NCBI GenBank assembly: GCA_040285825.1
Contig: JAUPSS010000010.1
Coordinates: forward strand, 186,001-250,000
Source: Eukaryota sp. TZLM1-RC
Lineage: Eukaryota; Protista; Metamonada: BaSk clade
Length of the DNA stretch: 64,000 nucleotides
Direction of reading: 5' to 3'
Position numbers and translations under genes: made by a program. This document shows, in pieces, positions 57,563-64,000 of the stretch. Position 1 is the stretch's first letter. The number at the start of each line of letters is the position of its first letter. Under the pieces are notes generated by a model. It was given only the letters and a program-made list of their open reading frames with translations. It was not told the origin of the DNA and did not search any database.

Positions 57563-60500
57563 TAAACTCTATGATCTCCATTGAAGATGGAAAGACCCCT
57601 TACTATCAAGTAACCAGTGATGATCCAGAAGAACGCTATAGAGGATTTCCAGCTAGACTCAGAACTGCCTCTTACCTAGAGATGGCAGCTTATTATAACC
57701 CAGATTGTCGCTATTTGCCTTGCCCATGTCAAGTCGGACATGGATTTCACTATTGCCCTGGAGAAGCCCGTTTCAGTGAAGTTGTTGACGATAATTATTA
57801 TACCGAAATAGGAAACCGTAACCGCTTACTCATATCAATGATCCTGTATCACCAGCCATAGACAAAATCAATGTTTAACAAGCTGTAGTACCGCTCGTTC
57901 CGACTCCGCTTATCCGTTACGATTCCAAGATCTACCTGTACCCTCCAAACCAGATCTACCCCTATTTTCCCATCGAAACCTTTTACAACCTTCATGTCAT
58001 AGACACTCCACCTTCTTGGTATTCTTTGAATCATAGCGACGCCAAGAGACTCCTGTCCGCCACCGCCCTCCGACCTAAGGCAGATCCCTTTGCTGTACTT
58101 AACTCTTTGAAACATTTCTCTTCACTCGATCGTAGAGACATCGATAATATACATCATGGAACCTCCCTTATCATTTTATTCTCTCCACTGACATATGCTT
58201 ATAAACTTATTGAGAATGAAAGCCTAACTTTGCCCATTAACGAGTTCCTAAGATGCGGAATCCTGAATCCGAGTCAACGAAGCCCTATTCCCCTATCCAG
58301 ATATAGCCTCCAGTTTCACGATGAAATTTACGAAGAAGTTCTGCATTCCCCTTTTCTCAGTTCCCGATCCTGGTCCGACGCCGATATTGAACATGATCTA
58401 GAAATGCAAGAACTGATGGGAGATGAAAATGCTGGATTATCTATTCCCTGTTATGTCCCTCTTCCTATCTCTGGTGTCTCTACTAACTCTCACCAACCGA
58501 TGCAACTCTACTACATCTCCTCTACGTTCATCCCTGAATACCTAATGTATCCATACAACGTCTACATGTATCATTATCACAATGACGGCAATGCGTGCCC
58601 TCATCCTGTGGTGACTTACCAATATGGTCATCGAGAAGACCATAATAGTCCCGCTATGATCCAGCTGTTGACTCCTGTACCCACCGGCTACTTTCTCTCC
58701 CAGGAACTCCATTCCTGTAATCTCTGCCCTCACGTTAACACTATTCGCCGTTCGCTGTTAGATGAACTCACCATTGACAATTACATCCGAATAGCTGAAC
58801 CGTTAGATACTATTACTTACAATTATAAGTTTGCCTTCTACGACAGAGAACAAGAAGCCGAGGTTCTCCCAAGATCGCTCCCTGATGGAATTTATAGCAA
58901 AGAAATGTTTTCTCTCATTCCATTCCAAGATCCTGACCTATCCTCCGAACTAGCTTGCTCCGTAGTTAACGTAACAACAAGATCTCAAATTCCCCGTGAA
59001 GTAACAGAAGAAGATACTCAAGAAGTTGTCGCCGAATCAATTACTTCTGAAGCTACCTCGTCTGATTACATTGCACAGAATCCTGTTCATTCCCCTGCTG
59101 AAGCTTTCCTACGAAAGATATTTCACGAGCAACAAAAGCTCCCTGATGATGATGAACTCTTCTCTGGTTGTATTTGTAATGAAAAGACTGGCCTGAAGCT
59201 GACCCCATCTAAGAAAGTCTTGATCCCACACTCAATGGTTCCAGAGATACTGAACCACATCTTTGGTTCTACTGAAGCCGGACATCCATCTTTTACTAAC
59301 TCCTGGAAGACCCTTAAGAATTCCGATTTTTACTGGCCCACTATGAAAGCTGACATGGAACTCTATGTTCGAAGTTGCATTCCTTGCCAGAAAACGCTGA
59401 TGTCCCCAAGGCCCAGATCTCCGCCTCTGGTTCTCTGTCCCGTTCCCGCAGACCTTTCGAATACCTTCATTGTGACACAATTGGACCCTTTAGCCCTGAT
59501 TCGAATTCCAACAAGTATGTTTTGCATTTTGTCGACGCCTTCACCAAGTATAGTATTTTAGTGCCTGTTGCCGACATCAAAGCTATTACAGTAGCTGAGG
59601 CAATTATCACCCGAGTTTACGCAATTTTTGGAGCCCCTCAGGCCATCCATTCTGATAATGGAACCGAGTTCAGTAATGCCATTTTTGCCTGCCTTTGCCA
59701 GTTGCTGAATATCTCCCACTCTACGTCTATTCCCCATTTCCATTAGTCCAACGGGTTAGTCGAAAGGTAACATCGTGTTATCCTCCAGAATCTGAGAAAG
59801 ATCTTATTAGATTTCGCAGACTACGATAACTGGTCTGATTATCTCCCATTTGCCAGTTAGTTGCTAATAGTACTTATAGAAAATCACTCAACGCCACTCC
59901 ATATGAATTAATATTTGGATCTGATGTTTCCCCTAGATTGCTACCCTCTGAAATTGTCCAAGCCTTGTCACCGAAACCAGATAATCCAGGTATTCCAGAA
60001 TATATGTCTTACCTAGCAAATTTGTCTACCCGGTTGTTAGACAAATGAAATGCTGTTCCTGAACCTGACCTGACCCATATTGCTCCATCAGAACCCAAGT
60101 TTAAACCCGAAGTTGGATCCAGAGTTTTTGTCTTACGAGAAACTCCTAATTAGCTGCACGGACACTACGTAGGTCCGTACGTAGTTAAGGAAGTAACTAC
60201 TCGAAGTTCACTCCTAGTGGAAAACCCAGTCACTAGAACTTGCTTGAAGACATCTATCCATCTAATCAAGCCCTGTCTGTCCTCCCTGCCCGACGATATC
60301 CTGAACGCGTATGTCGCCACCGACGCTGGAGAATTGCTAGTAGATGCAATTTTAGATGTCTCTGATGGTCAAGCCATTATCCTTTGATCTGATAATACTC
60401 AGACGACTCAACCCGAGATCACAGTCAAGAACACTACCGCATCATCGTTATATAAAGATGATGAATCTGGACAAGCCCCGAAGAAGAGGCAGACGGAAGA

Positions 60501-60691
60501 AGAGGTAGTGTAGGCTTATGCCATTATAGTTTATAGTTTATTAGAAGTTACAGTATCACGTGATGCCACGTCATCACTTATTTATCTAGACTCTTGTATA
60601 ATTTCTCTTGATTATTCACACCCGCTGTAATAAACACCCTGTTTCCGTTATCGTAGTTTATTACCTGATGCATCCCCATATTGACCCAACA
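57563..60691 (+). mobile_element. Degraded LTR element: unknown Tyr/Pro/Cys/His-rich region followed directly by a Gypsy-type integrase; PPT and putative 183-bp 3' LTR (60509-60691)
   Basis: GHPS...FYWPTM...CIPCQK, CDTIGP, HSDNGTEF, SNGLVER, YVGPY. ggaagaagaggtag|TGTAGG...CCCAACA. Confidence 0.75.
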
Positions 60692-61133
60692 GAAGACTAC
60701 AAAGAGTCCTCGTATGCGCCAGAAAAAGACGGGTAAACATTGGTTTACGAAAATGCAAGCACCTTTCAGAACAAAACTAGGTTTATCAGCAAGAAAAAGA
60801 TTGAAGCCCTTATGAAAATACCCAGACCAAAAACAGTGAAAGAGGTTCTCTCCTTGGTTGGATCAATCAATTACATAAGAGATTGGCTTCCTGGAATTTC
60901 TGAATTAATAGCTCCAATTAACGAGTTCATAAAAGGAAAACCTAGAATTATCAAATGGACCAATGAGCATGACGATTATCTAAAGCAAATAAGAGATTTA
61001 ATTGTAAACCACATGCCCCTTGAATTACCAGCTCCGGGCAAGCGAGTATTAATAAGTACTGACGCTTCAGATGTAGCAGTAGGAGGCGTAATTTGGCAAG
61101 AAATTGAACCCTACTCCCCTGCAGGAACCCCGC

Positions 61134-62236
61134 TGATGCCGTTAGGCAGATGAACACACGAAGGAGAGAGAGAAATCTGTTGTTTATTAATAAAACTGAT
61201 TCATAAATGAGTATCACGTCATCAGTCGAAATACAAAGAAACCTACTAATTCAATTTGAGTTCAACAATAACACTACTTTTTCCCACTTTTCTGAGGACA
61301 AATACAGTACTGGCTCAATAGAGGGAAGATATGGGGTTTGTTAAACTCTTTGGTGCATCGTTTGTGTGACACAAATAATTTACCTCATGTTTGATTTTAG
61401 ATGGACAATCGCGGGAGATGTGTCCAGGCTTGTGACACTTGAAGCACGATTGATTTTTTAAATCCTGAGAGCGCCAAGAGGACCTCGTTTTAGTGCCAGC
61501 CGTACGTTCCACATCATTCACTGAGGTTTTGAAACCACGAGTCCATGAAGCAACCCTAGAGCAGTCCAACAGCTCATCAGTAGTGGTTTCGACAAGAGAG
61601 TGAAGATCTGGGAATACATCATCTCGAATTCTCGCTAGTAGAGAACGTTGAAGACCTACGGGAAGAATTCCTCTGGCAAATCGATTCAGAAAAGCTGTGT
61701 CTGGTAACTTCAGTCCGGAAGCCCTACTCTTTACCTGGAGGAAACGTCGCAGGTAACAGGACATACGTTCTCGGACGTCACCAATACGGACATCAAGCTT
61801 CAGTTCTGACATAGCCAGACTAAAATCTTCGTACGTGGCGAACGATACGACAGATTGAAGATGTCTAAGAAGAACATCGTCACTGGAAGAGACGTCGGAT
61901 TTCTGGAGAGATAGGGACTCTAACAGAAAAGAATCGACCAAGAGTCTTGCTGGAACAAGCTCTTTCTTAGAAGTCACAGAAGAATAGATCTTCCACTCTT
62001 GTGGGAACAAGAGAACATTTTCAACTTTCATGGAAGAAAGAGACGGGAGGTTGACAGAAGGAACAGTCATCTGAAATAAGAAGGGCCAATAATTATTGAT
62101 GCCGTTAGGCAGATGAACACACGAAGGAGAGAAAGAAATCTGTTGTTTATTAATAAAACTGATTCATAAATGAGTATCACGTCATCAGTCGAAATACAAA
62201 GAAACCTACTAATTCAATTTGAGTTCAACAATAACA
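61134..62236 (-). mobile_element. 1103-bp Gag-only LTR element with two 140-bp LTRs
   Basis: LTRs at 62097-62236 and 61134-61273 (one mismatch seen), TG...CA ends, PPT agaaaagtgggaaaaagtag. TSD ccgc at 61130-61133 and 62237-62240. Confidence 0.95.
61315..62070 (-). CDS. gag: Gag protein (251 aa) with CCHC zinc knuckle
   Basis: Intact ATG-to-stop ORF filling the interior. YLRRF...F.RGI MHR-like segment; CFKCHKPGHISRDC. Confidence 0.9.
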   Translation of the reverse strand: MTVPSVNLPSLSSMKVENVLLFPQEWKIYSSVTSKKELVPARLLVDSFLLESLSLQKSDVSSSDDVLLRHLQSVVSFATYEDFSLAMSELKLDVRIGDVRERMSCYLRRFLQVKSRASGLKLPDTAFLNRFARGILPVGLQRSLLARIRDDVFPDLHSLVETTTDELLDCSRVASWTRGFKTSVNDVERTAGTKTRSSWRSQDLKNQSCFKCHKPGHISRDCPSKIKHEVNYLCHTNDAPKSLTNPISSLY

Positions 62237-63329
62237 CCGCTAAATAATAGGAAAGTGAAACCTTTGTCATTCTATAGTAGATTACTTACAGAAACACAAA
62301 GAAAATGGTCCACTTTACAGAAAGAACTATATGCAATACTCTTGATTTTAACTGAAAGTTGCTTAGAAAACTACCTATTGACTAGACATTTAACAATTTT
62401 CACTGATCACAAAAACATTGCATTCCTGGCCACAGCCCCAGAGAAAAATAGAATTGTAAAGAGATGGCTGCTGATACTATCTGAATTCGACTTTGATATA
62501 GTCCATGAACCTGGTGAAGATAACCATTGGGCAGATATGCTATCGAGCAATATTGATTTGGATCAAAACGAGGAAACTCCTTCTATTTGTAGTATAAATA
62601 TACCAGATACTTTACTTTCGAATTACGAGATACCTCCACTAGACGATTATTCTGATTCGGACTTTGAAGATATCCCATCAATTTCATCTTTAAGCAGACA
62701 CCAAGACTTACCCATTTTTTCTCCTTGGTTCTCTAAAATAACATCCGAACAACAAATTGTCAAAAACAACAATGACTCTTTATTTGAAAATGCAATTCTA
62801 GATGAAAAGACTCAAATTTGGAAAAATAATAAAAATAAAATTTTAATTCCAAAGAGCCTCAGAAAACAGGCACTATTATTAATACATGGTTTAATTCAAT
62901 CTGGCCACCGCAGCAAAAATGATAGTTTAAACAAACTATCCAAAAGTGACTTCTACTGGCCTAATATGAGAAAGGACCTCATAAATCATGTCAAAAGTTG
63001 CCCAACTTGTCAAAAAACGGCTCCAGCTAAAAGATCAAAAACACCTTCCACAGGATGTCTATGGGCAGATCGTCCATTTGCCAGATTAAACGTCGACACA
63101 ATTGGACCTTTGAACACTGACAACGAAGGAAATAAATATTTATCAGTATTTGTAGACTCTTTTACTGGATATACGATTTTAGTCCCTCTAAAAGAACTCA
63201 ATGCCTTAGAAACCGCAGATGTTTTGATTTGGAACGTTTGCGCAATTTTTGGCATACCTATGTTAATTCATAGCGATAATGGACCTGAGTTCGCCAATGA
63301 GACTTTCAAAATAGTGTGTAACATACTTG

Positions 63330-63415
63330 CAAAATACAAGGGTCAAAAAATAATACAAATACAAATACAGAAATACAACTACAAAATACAAATACAGAAA
63401 TACAAAATACAGATG
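63330..63415 (+). repeat. Degenerate (AAATAC)n array
   Basis: aatacaaatacaaatacagaaatacaactacaaaatacaaatacagaaatacaaaatacag. Confidence 0.8.
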
Positions 63416-63919
63416 TTTATCCAGTTGGTGTTTTAGTCAGAATTTCGAATGTATAAGGTTACTCTCTACGTTTTTTTAATACACTGTTATTCTTTTTTGC
63501 TATTCTTCTCGGTTTTCCTGCTGATGGGCCCACACAAGCGTGCATTAGTGAACTATCGACTTCTTCGTCGATTTCATCAATTAAGCTTTGTGTGTCTTCG
63601 GGAGCGACACTTGTGATCTCGACTGGTTCAGGATCAAATTCAATATCATCGTCATCACAAAACATAACCATAGTTTCCAGCTCAGCAACAATATCACTTT
63701 CAGGAAGATGAATATTATTTTCAATGAATGAGTTGTCAATCTGACTCAATTTATCTCCCCACTTATCTCACTTATCTTAGATCGTTTTATTGCTATTGAC
63801 GATATGGGTCTTAAAACCGGGAGGCGGTTCATGTTTGACAGACTTCTGGTAGTGGGGGGTGGAGGAAGATGTCATAATCAGAATGCAAAACACGGTAAAC
63901 CTAATTTTATAATGTGCAA

Positions 63920-64000
63920 CAAAATACAAAAAAATAGAAATACATCGGAAAAAAATACAAATACAAATACAAAGAAAATACAGAATACAAATAAATACAG
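63920..64000 (+). repeat. Second degenerate (AAATAC)n array, running off the window
   Basis: aaaatacaaa...aaatacaaatacaaatacaaagaaaatacagaatacaaataaatacag. Confidence 0.8.

Larger units (their letters stand above)
60692..63320 (+). pseudogene. pol: Gypsy pol fragment (RT end, RNase H, N-terminal integrase), close relative of 43430-46714, split by the Gag-only element
   Basis: ORFs 60740-61153 and 62219-63436 rejoin as ...AGTPL|NNRKVKPLSFY... Confidence 0.9.

Noticed and set aside
63330-64000. CRISPR-like repeat-spacer array
   Set aside because: Degenerate hexamer repeats with no constant repeat, unique spacers or cas genes.

Overview
AT-rich eukaryotic DNA, probably from a gene-compact protist: the host genes are intronless and TAA/TAG act as stops. 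(1) 1 to ~36.4 kb is a continuous nest of CRE-clade-like non-LTR retrotransposons. Each has a single ORF: CCHC knuckle, RT with YMDD, a Cys/His motif, and a PD-(D/E)xK restriction-like endonuclease. At least five families are labelled here by their C-termini: A ...MDFLDVDL, B ...VEFEEIDF, C ...ACIEDIEF, D ...ACFEDIDF, E ...ACLEDIEF. They are inserted into one another with A-tails and 9-15 bp target-site duplications (TSDs). One essentially full-length A copy (23135-26625) sits between two copies of an ~8 kb block. (2) 36.8-51.4 kb holds host genes (a 914-aa unknown, SEC61 alpha, RPB9, PA2G4/EBP1). Between them lie two Fanzor/TnpB relics, an IS630/Tc1 transposase relic and a Ty3/Gypsy pol with a chromo-like tail. 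(3) 51.4-64 kb is a nest of Ty3/Gypsy elements with very short LTRs (74, 81, 140 bp). It includes a 1.1-kb Gag-only element with near-identical LTRs and an element whose integrase is preceded by an unknown domain instead of RT-RNase H. The strongest candidate for novelty: three different LTR families all carry the same palindrome, CAATAATTATTG followed by GCC, across the 5' LTR end where a tRNA primer-binding site should be. All calls come from reading the sequence by eye; no searches were run.
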